The translations under genes were made by a program, and so were the position numbers. From assembly GCA_051294905.1 (NCBI GenBank), contig CM119371.1:30196001-30260000 (forward strand): DNA of 64,000 nt, given 5' to 3'. Of the stretch, positions 12,301 through 27,300 are shown in pieces (the stretch's first letter is position 1; each line of letters begins with the position of its first letter). The notes beneath the pieces were generated by a model, which worked only from the letters and a program-made list of their open reading frames with translations, was not told the origin of the DNA and did not search any database. This DNA comes from Botryllus schlosseri (taxonomy: Eukaryota).

Positions 12301-15300
12301 TCAGGGCACCGTCTCTCGGGTTAGGCCCGGGCGACAGGTCCCTGCAAATGTGTTTGTGGCAAGCCTTCGCCGCGTAGTAGATTACGAGCTTCTGTTTCAA
12401 ATCGCTCGGCACGTTTTCTGCGTTCATCAGGGTGTTTTTATCGGGACCTGTGTGTGAAACGGAACAGAATGGTAAATTGGTTATAGCTAATGTTGATGTA
12501 TGTAGGCAATCTGTTTTGCAAATAGAATACGTAAGAGATCTCGATACATAGAGAATTTGCTCTCTAGCTAGGTTGGAATGAAGTGTTCCAACACGAATAA
12601 CGTGAATACCAAAGTTTTGCTCGAATAACATTACTTCTATCACTCAACTGATTGAAATTGCGCGTTTTAATGTATCACTCAAAGAAAAACACTATTCTGT
12701 CTCTTAAATGGCTCTTTCCGAAGTCAAGCCAACGCTAACACTAACATCAGAAAACCCTGATGCAAGCTAATCCAAACTGAAGCTATGGCTAATCCAAGTG
12801 GTTCCCAACCGGGGGGGAATTCCCCCCTTGGGGGGAATTTTGAAATTTTTAGGGGGGAATCTGGCTTCAGGCTTGTATCGGAAGATACACTGGGTTCTCA
12901 AGGTTTTTAGATTTTGATTGTAGAATTGTTAAGTATGAAACTGGTTCTTTACAATTGTATGTTTCCTTGGCGGATTTTAAGCTAGGTGAATGTTTAAATG
13001 CCGTCCGTAGATATTACACCCTCTGATAAAGTGAGGCTCACGAGACGATTTCGTTGGGCCCGTGACAGCCTCTCGACCAAATTGCTACTAAGCAGGAAAA
13101 AGTCAAGCCGAATTCAGCACAAGGCTGCTGGTGAAAACGCTAACCTTTTTAAGCCAACGTATGAGCGAGCGTGAAGAACATATCAAATTCATCGATTCAA
13201 CTCGAGGCCTTAGCAAACTGACTTATGGTGATTTATTTTCGTTAGCGGCTACCCGAATGGTAAAAAAAACAGGCCACATTTAGCGGAACCTTACCAAAGT
13301 GTAGTGTGGTCCGCATTCGTCATGGTTCAGGCATAGGCCTATCTGAATATGTTTGGCCATAAATTGTTTAGTCAACAAATGGTTGTGCGGTAGAAAACAC
13401 ATTTTTTAGTCACAGGCAACTTATTCACAGGGGGGAATTTTAGCCCAAATATCGGCCAAGGGGTCAACGAGACAAAAAAGGTTGGGAACCACTGGCTAAT
13501 CCTAATCGTAAGCTAACTGGAACCCAAGCCAAACCTAAACCAAGCTAATACTAGCCCAAGTTTAAACATACCCCAAAGTGACTTCAAGTCAAGCTAACCA
13601 TTTCGCAAGCTAAGTTTAATAATAACACGTGGCTCAACTAACTCAACCACAAGCTAAATTTAAGCCAAGCATCCTCTGACCCATGCTAATCGTATCAAGA
13701 AAACAAGTGAACACTAACCTTAACGCTAATCCAACCTAATCCTAACTCAAGCTGATGCAAACCCTGACCCCTAAGGCTAATCGCAGTGCAAGCGAACCCT
13801 GACCCTGAACCAAGCAAACCCCTCCACCTTAACCAAAGGCAGCTCTTGTTCAATTCTAAATTCTCGACAGAGGTTTAGTTCTCTTAGTTCCATTGAAAAA
13901 AACTCGAACAGTGCTCCATTAGAAGCACAATATCCAAAGTACTAGGCCATTGAGCACCTCATCAACTCAACGATATCTGTATATTCTTTTTCACAGGACG
14001 AACGGCATTTACAAAATGCATTACCTGCTGAATTCAACGCCTTCACTTGCCCCTCCGTTAGCACGTCGTTAAATGCGGCCACAGATCCCAATTGCCCGCG
14101 TAGCGACACGGCGCGGCCCCATGTATCGTCTTGCATACCGGCGTCTATAGTCAGGAACTGCTCAACGCTCCTCGATTCGACATTCCTATTATGTTAAATT
14201 TTAAAAAAGGTCCATCATTTCGAAAGTATAAAAGACAGAAGCCAGCCAATTCGCAGTTTTCCCACTATTCCTATCAGGACTTTGAAAGGAAAATTGCACA
14301 GGCTAGTCGATTTGCCTTATTCCCACAATTTCTTCGATTGGGATTCCCATCACGTTGAATTTCACAGGCCCATAACTATTCGAAGAGACTCCTTGATACA
14401 ATAATATAATCATGTCGGAAAAAGCCCGAATATTTACGGCTGACACTTGTCAGGGGTAATCTTCAGCAACTAGTAGAGTAGAGTATTCAGAAGACCTAGC
14501 TGTGTATCAACAGCTATCCCACTGTTCCTTCGATTAGTCATACATATCACATAGAATTTAAAGAGATCCATCACTTTGAAAATAAACTATCACGGTCAAT
14601 TTGCTGTCTTCCCGATATGCCTGTCATTGCCAATTTGAAAATTAGAACATTCAAACATAGATCGTCGCATGCAATTTGTAACCAAACTCGAACACGCCAT
14701 TCAAACATGGATAATCATGCATTCCAATTTGGAATAGCAGACAAGCTCAATGCATGCAATGTTACGACATGACCACAAAAAGCCAGTATTAACTAATGTT
14801 TAAGATTGCAAGTGCTTTGTAAAATCTAGACTAGCAGATAGATAACAGCCTTGACTCATGGATGTATATTCTAAGGGTTGTCCTAAATTTGGAAAATCTC
14901 AAAAACGATGCGTATCATCGTCTCATTCTATAGATTATTGGTAAAAAACAGCAATGAGCCTGGAATAAGGTCACAGGAAAGTCGTTGAGATTTGCCCCAA
15001 AGCATTTGAAAGTAGCTACCCACGAGCGGGCGTGCCAGCGACCATAGAACGGCAACAAGACTAGTAATCACGAAATCACAGCTAATCGGCTATGCTCCAA
15101 TGATCACGACAGTGGTGGCTTGCTGATTAGTTGTTGAAGGAGTTTGCTAACGGTGGTGATTCTGTAAGCGCATTGTAGGTTGGTTGGCAGATAATGATTT
15201 AAGATTAATTCAGGACATGTTGAGCTACTAAATACATAATGATGTTCAAACAACAGCTGCTTCACATAAACTTAAAGCATGACTGGATTATTGTGTAGGA

Positions 15301-18300
15301 AACCGCAGTAGCCCACATGCCTGTTTTGGCCGAGGGAAAGCACAGAACCTGAGTAGTGCCCACTCGTTGGTAGCTACTTTCAAACGCTTTGCGACAACTC
15401 TTAACGACTTTCCTGCGAGCCTATTCCAGGCTCATTGCTGTTTTTTATCAATAATCTATAGAATGAGACATTGATACCCATCATTTGAGATTTTCCGAAT
15501 TTTGGACAACCCTGATGTATATTTAAGACTCAGCGTACATGAAGTATTGCATTACCAAACAACGTTTTTGTGGTAAGGTATTACTTTGCAGACCAGTGGC
15601 TCCTAAACTGCGAGGCGCAAAGCCTTCAGACAGTAATAACACATTCTCGAGGTTGGTGTCTAAATTATCAATTGAGTTGTGCTCAAACAGAAATGATCAT
15701 TAAAAACTTGAACATGATAGTCAGATGGTATTGCTGAGTGGGTATGCAATGTGTTTTTCAGGCAGACACTAAACTTTTTTCACATTCGCCAGGGGAGGCT
15801 TCTGTCAAAAAGTTCCGGTAGCTCTTGTTTCGGCATGTGGGGACATATTTTAAAAACAACTGTCTGCTGCTTAGGTGGATAAATGAACATAACTAAAGTC
15901 TTGAGGGCTATACCGATGCCACTGAATCACCAGCGTGATCAGTGTAGCATAAAAACCAGAATTAATGCAAAAAAATCAACATAATCAAAGTCTTCGAACG
16001 TATATGGTCCGACAATATCGGGGTCAGAACGAAAACTGATAACGAACGAAACATACCGTGATTCATGAATGCGATTTCAGACTTATTTCAAATCACGGCT
16101 TGTGATGTAAATCATAATTAAAAAACAATTGATAAAAATACCAAATCTATGTCTCAACATTGTGTACCTTTGCGGCGACGTATTTGGTGTTAGTAGATTT
16201 TTCACCTTGCTAAAGAAACGCACAGCAAATTATACCTACACCTAATAAAAGAAAGTATTGAGTAATCAACAACTAAGCAAATAAGCATGTAACCTTAATG
16301 ATTTCGGATTCAGATTCAGTTTCGACTCGAATCCAAATGTTGCTATGAATTTAGGATTAGGCCTATGCTAAATCTTGTCAGATTCTTATTTTAACTTGAC
16401 TTATCACAAATGTCATTTGGTGACAGGACAAATTCATGAATATGAGTCTGCGGGCTTGAAAATCTCTTAATTTTGATTTAGATTGATAAATTCATACCAT
16501 TGCTATTAGGCTATAATAATTACTAATGCTACAGTTCAGACAAATATCAATCTGAAGAATAATTTGTGAAAAGTTTCCCTGCTCTAATTTCAATTCTAAT
16601 CTAATATCTGGTTATCCTGAAAACGCTATAGGAGAACTGCATTGTGCGAAAGGGGCCAAGCTTGCTGTACAGACGTTTGCCGTTCTCATGCACTTGTGAG
16701 AATGAACTATGGTTTTACATTGACTTAACATGATTTTTGTCTCTTCATCTCTTTCTAATAAGAAATTCAATTCAATTTACAGGTTTTTGCAAATTCAGCA
16801 ATTCTAATTGTAGTAAAATTTAGAAAACATGGTGTAGATTGGGCTATAAAAATATGTTTTTCAAATTTCACTGAATACGTGATTAAATTTTTAGTTGGCT
16901 AAAAAAACGCTGGTTCAATTTCATGAATACTATTCTATTCAAATCCAATTATTTCTAAAGCAATAACTTTGCTTCTACTGGTTGGAATTGAGCCAAATTC
17001 GGTTTTCGTCTTCTCTACTCTGACAGCCTAACAATTTTATGGGGCTGGGCTGAAAATTAGAATACTTGCTCATTCATTTTTCGTAAAATAAATCCAAAAC
17101 TTTCTACTGCAAGAACTCCGCTTCTACTGATTGGAATTGAGCCAAATTTGGTGTGCAGCGTTGTTTTAGTCAACCTAACGATTTGATCGCGTGGTCTAGT
17201 GAAAGGTAGATTTCTGTTGAACAGCCCTAGTGTAGTTACAATTTTAATTTATATCTAGGACGATTTTTTTTATGTCAAAAAAAGTCGAAACTTTTTACCA
17301 AGTTTACAATTTCGTTTGTATCGTAGATTTTGGACTGTCAGTGAACTTATCATTCGACACTTTACAGCTTGTAGCCTACTTCATAGGCCTACCGTTGTAG
17401 ACGGCCCATTGTCTGCTCATTGTGAATCATAAACATTCAAACAAAACAAATAGGTTGACATGGTGTTCACCGCATTATCCCAAGTGAAGCAAGACTGCGT
17501 GAGCATTGCATGGTTCTTATAACAAGAAGCGCATGATGGAAAATTGTGATGTAGACACCATAGGCGCTGAACTCAGGTATGCTAGGTATGCCGCGCATAC
17601 CTAGGAATTTTTTTGGGTATGCGGCATACCCAGAATTCGGTTTGGTCTGTTATTGTCTGGTTGGTGAATTGATCGATTTAGAAATAAGCGTTTCGTAGTG
17701 TTGCTGAACACGTAAGTAAACCGGCAGCAATACGTTCGGGCGCTTAACAAAACTCCGTCCTTCAGTTACAATTCAGTTGTCCGTATTTTATCAGTGTTGC
17801 GCGCGGCCACGGCCAATTAGCCGGAAGCGCGTTTCCAATTTGCGAGAATCGTTTGTACACAATGTAACGCAACGCGATCTCGACGCTGAGATGATTGCGA
17901 AATTAGGTCATTGATTACCGCGCGCAATCGTCGCAGGCCTGATTTATCGCGTCTCCGTAAGGTCTAGTTCCGCTGGCTTGATGAATCGCATCTGCAATAG
18001 GCCCGGTGCGCACTATACCATCACTGTCCTGCGCACGATAACATCGTTGGCCTACACAATTGCGTCTGCGTGGTTCGAAGTATATCATTGCCGGCCTAAC
18101 TATCGCGTCTCCGGCCTAGCATGCTTCGGCTTCTATCTATCGGTTGTGATTAAAGATTGACATCACGAAACTTACTGACATCGAATGTCCGCAAAAATGT
18201 GTGACTTGTGCGTACATGCGTACTTGATTTCCGCTAATACTTAAACATAACCAATAACCATCAGAAGATGCGAGTCAAGGCTTGAGTTTTGAGAAAGGTT

Positions 18301-21300
18301 TGAACCACCTGAAATCGATGCGGATTCCGTTATAGAACACACTCCATAACAACTCGGCTATGCGCCTGAATATTTGATCAAACGCGAGTGGTCAGAAGAC
18401 GCAACGCGAGGCAACAAGACCGAGAACTAGATACTAAAGATGTCAATTTCTACATGCGCGAAATGTTGCGATTGTCATCTCCTGCTGTGAAGGAACATGA
18501 TATCTTATGCGCCGGCCGGAACTATCGCTTCTTCTGTGATTGTGATGTCAGACTGGCTCAGACATTGAACAATGAACATGGACGGAATTGATTGAAATAC
18601 ATACTGACCGTGAACAGACAGCGGCGTAATTGATTTTGACTAACGCTAATACTAAAACAGAACGATCAGAAAATGTCTTGCAGGCTCTTGATATTGAAAC
18701 TTTCAACTCCTATGAAATCAAAGTCACTAATGAATAGAGTCCAGAACAGACTTTCTATTTGGGAAAATAATTCCTGCAACCTTATTAGCCGTCGCCGAAG
18801 ATGCGTATTCGTTTGTTCTCGAGGCGGAGTGATTGAAATCTCCCGATTGTCGGCGCGTGTGTTGGCGAATATGTTGCGGAGATTGCGAGCTCGCTAATTG
18901 ACAACACAGTCGCACGCGTTGGTAATCTTATGGTAGCGTGATGTGTCGAGTATATTACACAAGGATGCTGATCCGATCGCTGTATTATCGGCATTGGTGC
19001 ATCGTGCATGTTCTTAATCATAATAAACTGATGCTACCTTGGTAAATTTGAAATGGATTCAATCAATTCAGCAAGCGGCCGGCTGGCTACGCGGCCTGCT
19101 TAATCATATCGTAATTTCTTCACCATATACAAGTGCCAGGTGATATTGAACGCTTGCGAGTCGGCTAATTTGCCAATTCTGGCGCACTATGACGTCATCC
19201 CTTTGTGACGTCATCGATCTCGCATACCTAGGGAAAATTAGAGTTCAGCGCCTATGGTAGACACCATTGCCAGAATGAAGCAACATGGTGTGTCACCAAC
19301 ACAAACAACTGCTGCTGTTGAACGTTCTTTCTCCATTCTTGGCAAGCTACTTAGCAAGGACAGACACTTTCTACCCGAGAATGTAGGAAAGTATCTTTCG
19401 CTGTACTACAACAAATTCTAATCATTTCTACCATAATACGTGATGTAACTATGGAATTCTTCATAAGGCCAAATTTCGTTAAAATCAAGTTTTTTCTGGT
19501 AAAAATTTATCAGTTTTTGAGTCAGTTTTTCCAGGCCAAACTACTTCGCAAGGACAGACAGATCCAACCAAAAATGAAGATAAGCAGTACAATTCTAATA
19601 TTATGTGGGGAAAACACCTAATTTGCATACATTATGTCAAAATTTGGTCAAAATTAAGTTTTTTTAGGTGAAAAAATCGTCATATTTATATCTAATTTAG
19701 AAAATATGAATATTTTACAGTAGTATAACTCGGCCCGTACGAGTCTAATACCACAATATCTCTTTCAATTATATGTATATACATATTGTACTTACGCAGC
19801 TTCCGACGCGATCCCGCTACGAAAGGCAGAAGGCGAAAAATTCGCAAGTGTCGGGGATAGCGAGCCGGCAATTTGTCGCGGAGACGGAATGTTGAACGAG
19901 AAACGGCTGTGAATCATGCAAACGATCAACAAGGATTTTCAGGCATGCCACGTTAGGCCGCGTGTAGTTCATTGGCATGTTGAGACAGTCGAATAACATG
20001 CAATGCGGCGCCCGCTGCTTCATAAAACACCGTGGTAGCATAGCAAATCACAGCCGACAATACACGGACAGGTTTTTGGCAGTAATTTCTGCACATTTGG
20101 TCGCGTTATCAGTCGGAATCAACGAATACGGTATATAGTAACTTGAATATATTGTCATTAATATATTCAAAACTGAATATCCGATTGAAAAATCCTCGAA
20201 ATCCAGGCTGAAGCCAGTGGGGTCGAACACAATTTATCAGATCATACTTTGGAACATTTCAAGTAGTAGCCCAAGTTGGTTGCCATCAGCCGTTTCAGTC
20301 TATTTTTCTCAATCAGCTCAAACCATGCAAATTATCAAAATTGCGTCCACCGTTAATTAATCAATAGTCAAAATTACCACCTGGGCGACCACCAATACAA
20401 TTTCAAGGTGTTACGATGTAGAGGTCACAGCCTGCTACATATGAAAAGCCTTACACTGGCAAGTTCAATTGGTCTTTATACTGTCGTGGTGTTGTCCAGT
20501 GAAACACAAATGCCGCCATACTGACATGCGATACCAGCAGTACATGTTAAATGTTGTAGTAGCTCTTTCGAGCCAAGCTTAAATCTGCGATTGGTATCAA
20601 AATTTGGGATTTTTGAGAAACGACACGGTAATAAACTTGAATATCGCTTTCAGGGCAAGGCTACATTCATTGCGGTATATTTTATGGACTCAAAGACCTT
20701 TCGGGGCATATAAAATGTATTTCAGTGAATAAATTATAGACTACATCGAATGTAGTCCCGTTAGCAATCAAAATATATAGGGACACGCTAGGTCGAAAGA
20801 GTCAAATATGCATAGCGACCAGCATATATGAACATTGTACACCTTGCTCACCAAGCAGCACCCCCACAACACTGACGCAAATACAAGCACGCATGCAGTA
20901 TAGCCTACTCGAGATTCCACTGGTCACATCAGGTCACACAAATTGTAAAGACATTTCCCAGTCCGAATTATAGGCCGTGGCATTTTGAAGGCTGATGGGC
21001 AGGAGAACAGGGGTACAGGGTTACAGCGGATTCAGTAACGCATAGCAGATAACCATAGACCAAATTCCGAATATTCTACGACACCTTCTACAAGCCAGGC
21101 TGGTAATACAGCTTCACACAGCCACAGTAGTATTCAAAATAAACATTTGGCTAGCAAATTCCACTATGACGTCTATCGTCAGAGCGCAAAGCCACCCAGC
21201 ATTTTTTAAAGGCACCCGTTACCTCTTTAACGGGTCGTAATGCGGCGTGAACGCCTGTTCGATGCTGTCCACGAACTTGTTACTTTTGGCGTGGATAAAT

Positions 21301-24300
21301 TGCTCAAATGAAGCTCTGCGTCTCCAAATTCAAAGAGAAAGCGCTTTTCAAAGCATTGCCGACTCCAGCAGAGAGCGGGATACAATCATATTTTATCAAA
21401 AACAATGACATTTAGGGAGGATATCGAATGTCATCTTTTAAATGTATTTTTAGAAACAAAAATGATATTAAAAACAATAATTTGAGATTTTCTTCTTGTC
21501 AAAAAGGTATGATTGTTGTGATCTTTATATGTACATTAATAAATAGAAATGACATTTGTTAAACAATATTTTCCGATTTACTGAGATTTTTTTAGTAAAA
21601 CCTGCAAGATATCTATTGTGATATTATACATGTCCAAACTCCAACGTCTATAAATGATTTTCATAAATAGGCCTAATTGTATTGAAAGCAATATATTTGT
21701 ATTTTCTTCAACTCAAAAAACTTTTTCACCGGGCAAAAATGCGAGTCTAACTTTCACAAGCCGAAATTTGACTCAAACTCTTTTCGACACAGTACCAGTA
21801 TATACCTTTAACGAGGATTTTAAACTAATCTGTGGCGAATGGAAAGTGTTACGAAACATTGAATATTATGGCATTTAAAGACTTAATAATTGTAAAAATA
21901 CCTGGAAGGGGTAACCGGCGAACCATACATGTTGGGAGTGGCGGGGGTGCCCATTTCGCTGCCCGGCGTTCCGGGTATCGGAGTGGACAGCGATATGTTG
22001 GACGAGCTTGTCCTCAATCCGGCCGATCCGATATGGCAATTTGTGAAGGTCTCGCCGAGATTCGGGCATCTGAAAGGTTTATTCGACGCATATAAGTAAG
22101 TGTTAACGCTGAAATACCTTGCTCGAGTTTAAAAGTAAGAAATCAGAGGCCACAAGAGACCTTGAGCAGGGTATATAAGTATTCGAAAAGTTGAAGAAAG
22201 ATAAAAAATTTGGCCGTATTTGAACAGATTGGAATTTACAATTCCCTCTAAACTCGACTCGAACATGATCAGTCTGATAATTTCCAGGAAAGAATTACCA
22301 AGATATATCCACAGCATATCCGGTGATAAGCATAGATTTAGACTTGCAAAAGAAAGATTTTCGCCTGATTTGGAAGGTTCTGGAATTATTGCAAAGCATC
22401 CAAAAGTTTTATTATCAAATTTTACCGGCTACTACATCAAATTTGTTCAAGAGATGTTATTGGGGTAGAGAATATCGGATTTAAAAAATATATCATTTAC
22501 AATGGGACAACTCAAGCATTTCACAAAGCTCAAGTCAGGGTTGTAACCAAGAAACAAGGTTCCGTGTCACAAGTCAATCTCACTTTTATGCTTTTGACTC
22601 GAGTCAAAGTCAGCGAGCAGAGGGTCAAGTCATCATGTTGACTGCTCAGTTTCCAGTTAAAGTCTCGTTAAAAACACTTTTCCTAACTCTGTTTGGTGAC
22701 ATCGAATGGTTCGCATTAATAATATATTAATTTCCATCCCTTGTAGCAGTTGCTGGTCGCATTTCAAGTACCAGTACCAATAGACGAAATCCCAACAGTG
22801 TGGTTACTTTACTATTGTTCGAAATTACAATGAAATGTCGGCCTTTGCCGTTTGAGTCTCGAGTCATGTGACTTGGTTCGAGTCATTCGAGTCCAAGTCG
22901 AGTCAATACTCAACGGTATTGAACATGATGCTTCCCGTTTTTAAATAGTATTATCACCCACCTGAGCGTAGTGTTAAGCACCATTCTGCCGTCAACGTAA
23001 ACTTGCAATGTACCGGTGGAGCCAAACGGACGTTTCGCCGGATGGTGTACGATATCCAGACAGTGCTGAGAAACAGACACCAAACAGGATACGTTACAAT
23101 ACACTATTGGTTAGAAGTAGTTCAAGTTTTACAAAAAAATTGAAATGGTAATTGCACATCTGTTTCCAGTATGGGAGATTCATTCTTCGATATATAACAG
23201 CTCTCAAGATTTCTTACGGATCGTGACTTTGTCACAAAAATTTTCAATCACGCCGAATTATTTTGACATCACTTGTGGCTGTAGCCAGTATTTACATGGA
23301 TTCGGTCACTTCACAGAATGAATTCAATGAATTTTTGTTGACTTGGGTTTAGGTTCGACATGTATAGGTATTTGTAACTATTTCTTTATTAATCACCCAT
23401 TTATTATCGTTGATTGGTTCCTGCAGTTTCACAGTCAAATAATTCTTTTTGTTGCATACGGCGATGACGAGTTCGCATTCGAGAGTGAAAAACGCTTCCA
23501 TCCCGGTGCCGTTTTGCGAGAAAAAGCTGAAACAAAGTCTCGACTGTAAAACTACTCAAAAACATAGGATCTGCCAAATTATTCTATGACTCTTGCATAA
23601 GAATACACTCTTGAAAGGTAAAGAACTCGTCATGAGTAATCGTCAGCAACTAGTAGAGAATTGGAAAGAACATTTTATATATTGTACTCGCGTATAAAGA
23701 AGGTACTCTTTGTTGTCCTTATGTATCTCTGAAAGAGACATACCCGGGAACTAAGAGATTTTCTGTATTTCAATGTCTCACGACATATAATAATCAAACA
23801 CATAGTACCTTACACAATTGAATAAAAGGAGCGAGATTTGAAATCATCTCAAAAGATGACGGGCCACAACTAATCTAGAATGTAAGAGTTGGAAAGAATC
23901 TTCAAGTATTCCCAAAGAGACGGTAACTAACATACCATATAAAATTCTCGGGTCCATGGAGGCACGAGCATGAGACATAACAGCGTGCGACACTCGAGCA
24001 TGTTGGTTAAAGTTAAGGTTGGGTTAGGATTAAGTTGAATAAGGAATCTTAAACATTTTAGAGCTTGACTTTTCTAGTGTTTTAGAGGTGGCACCCTCAA
24101 ATTGCCTAATTCAAAATAAAAAAACGTCATCATTTAAGCCCAACCTCTACTTAATGCCTGAAAAGCTACCAAAAAAAAGTTTAAAAACCCCTTGGCGAGA
24201 ATTTGAGTTTCCGTTAGGGTAACAGTTTATTTTGGGGGTGAGTAAGGTTAGGGTTAGTGTTAGTATAGTGTTGATAAAGTCAAATGCTCAAGTGAGCATC

Positions 24301-27300
24301 CTCAATGGTTATTTTTCACCGAGACGCATGCTCCACTGTCGCTTTTGATTATATCATATGCTCAAAAGTCAGGCAACCAATTCTCACTCAAACAGATGAC
24401 AAAATCTCCGCACACTTCTTAGTAACTTCAGACATGTGGCCCGCCGTACCTGTACAGCTGTCTCCTGCATTTGCTCCTGCGCTTCGAGTGGCGATGATGA
24501 TTGAGACAGAGCCAGGCATGGAAAGAGAAGCCCGAACCGCCCCATTTCCTGATTCCCGGCACGGTAATGCCCTGAATCGACGGTAAAGCCGTCAACAGAT
24601 GAATATATGATAGAAAAATAAGTAGGTTGTTTTAAGCCACCTAACAATTCCATCGAATACTGTAAACCGGGGTAACTTTGGACAATTTTCAACAATTCCA
24701 CTTTGTATCTTGGAAATGCTAGGGTGTAGGGGAGGCAAGTTTTGTGTTTTTCTTGGGTCATGGAGCAAAGATTAGAATTACCTAATCCAAAATCTTCATG
24801 GTCATAAATAAGTACCTTATTTTCGTAAATTATCCGTGTCCAAAGTTACCCCTGCATGTGGGGTAACTTTGGACAATGTAGTTTTTGTATGCCTTTACAC
24901 TCTATTGTTTATGAAACCTCGTAAATGAGGCTTATTTGGTAAGAGTTGATGAGAGCAGTGGCTAAAACTGAAACAAAATAGTTTATGTCTGGCCTATTGC
25001 ATGATTTTTTACCTAATCCACCCCCCCCCCAAAAAAAAAAAAAAATAGGTAGTTTATGAAGGGTAATGCCCCCTTATTCACCCCTTATCTCAATTTTCCC
25101 TCATGCCTTCACCAATTAGGACTTATAAATAACATATGGTGATGAGGGGTATCCCACTGGCAGTGTCAGCAATCGACAGCAAACATAAAGCATGTTACCG
25201 TGAATTATTGCCGATTTCAAATATGTTACTGTTCTTTAAAAGAAACACTTTCCCTTTCTTATGTCCTCTGATGGATATATTTGTCATAATTTACGATATC
25301 CCATATTCAGCAGGCACATTTTTAGGAGTATGTGATAAGTTTTTGAAGTAGCTCACTCCCAATTACAATCTCTCAGCTCATTGCCTACCCATTTTTCATA
25401 TTTTGGCAAACTCTTAATTTGTTGACCTTCTCATTCCATTTTAAAAAGCCATCAAGCCGGTCATAATGACTATAGTTGACGATACACTTCGACACAGATG
25501 AAGCAGCCACTTTCCAGAGCTCTCAATATCACGTTTTCCACTGTCCAAAGTTACCCCGTTCTGATAAAATTTGACGGGGCAACTTTGGACATCACATTTT
25601 CTTGTATTGATCTAAGGGTGAGCCCACTGAGATTTTTGCCATGGATTAAGACTAGTTAGAGGTATCTGCTGCCAAGTTTTGAATCTATGAATCACATGCT
25701 ATCTATGTTTGGTTGTAAGAAGTTTGATGGCCATCAATTTTGATGAAATTGACCCCCGCCATTAATTTATCAATGTTGGGTCAAGTTTAACTGGTAGTGA
25801 AATGAATCCATCTTTTATTGAGACTACTTGTGGTACTCTTGCCTCATGAAAAAGAATTGGACATCCAGCGGCAACCCTTTTCCATCAATAACCATTTAAA
25901 TCTTTTACTGCTTAGTGTCCAAAGTTACCCTTAAGTCCAAAGTTACCCCGGTTTACGGTAGCCATTAAAATTTGACTGAAACAATTATTTTCGAACAACC
26001 CTAGTAGGCTACCCTATACTGATACACAAAACTGAAATCTTACCGACGTGGAATCCTGTAGGTCAAAGAAATGCGACGATTTCCTCTCCGCGTTATCTTT
26101 ACGCGCCATCGCAGACAGACTGTGCAACATCCGGCCGAAGTACGGATTCTGAATAAACGAGGAATTAGTCAAGTTTCCCGTCGGCTAAATGATAAAAAAA
26201 TCAATATCCAGACACAATATTCGATATTTTACATCAAGTTTAATACCGATGCAATCTGGAAATATTGCACATCGCTATAGATAGCTGCTGCACAAAATCA
26301 ACTGTGAATTAACAGCGCACTACAAGAACAAAACCACAAAACCATTATGGTATTACATAATTTTCACAAAGCGAAAATATTATAATGCATATTTGTTGAA
26401 AATCAGTGCGACTCATGTTGTTCCCACCCAGATATCACTTCAGAAACGCTGGGCTTCATATTGGCGCCATCGTATTATTCAGTCGAAACTTAAACAGCGT
26501 GATACCAATTTCTTAACTATAAATGAGTCTATAAGTATCTGAGATAGAATCGGCATTTGAGAATGTCGAGGATTTGCTCTCTAACCCAGCGTAGTAATGA
26601 CTCAAGTCCGACTCGAGGCACGATTATTTGGTGACTCGACTTGACTCGAGTCATTTTTTCGAATTTTTGCATTGACTCGACTTGTACTCGAGGGATTATA
26701 CATGACTGGAACCAAGTCATGTGACTCGAGACTCGGACCGCCAAGACAGAAATTTCATTGAAACTTTGAAGAATAGTAAAGTCACCACATTATCGGTATT
26801 TCGTCCAGTAGTCCTGATACTTGGAAAATAGGACCAGAAACTGTTGAGACTGGGGAAAATTACGATATTATGAATGCGAGCCATTCTATATCACTCGAGC
26901 AGAGTTTAAAAGCAGATTGAACTCAATGACTTGGACTCGGACTCGAGTCACAACACTATGACTCGGGACTCGACCCTCTACTCGCTGACTTGGACTCGGA
27001 CTTGACTCGGTGGTGAATTGAAAATGACTCGACTTGACTCGAGTCAAAACTATAAAAGTGAGATTGACTTGCGACTCGGAACCTCGCGACTTGGTCACAA
27101 CCCTGACAGCGTCTGAATAAACCATTTATTGACTGTAAGTTTACTCAATACTTAATTATAATTAATATCCAACAATTCTCACCAGGTGCTTGTGCTGGTT
27201 CGAGTCCTGCCTCAAGAGCTCGATGAAGGCGGCGGTCTGCCTGGGCAGCATGGAGTAGGTGCCCAGCGTTTGCACGAGGTCCAGTAAATGAAGAACGGTT

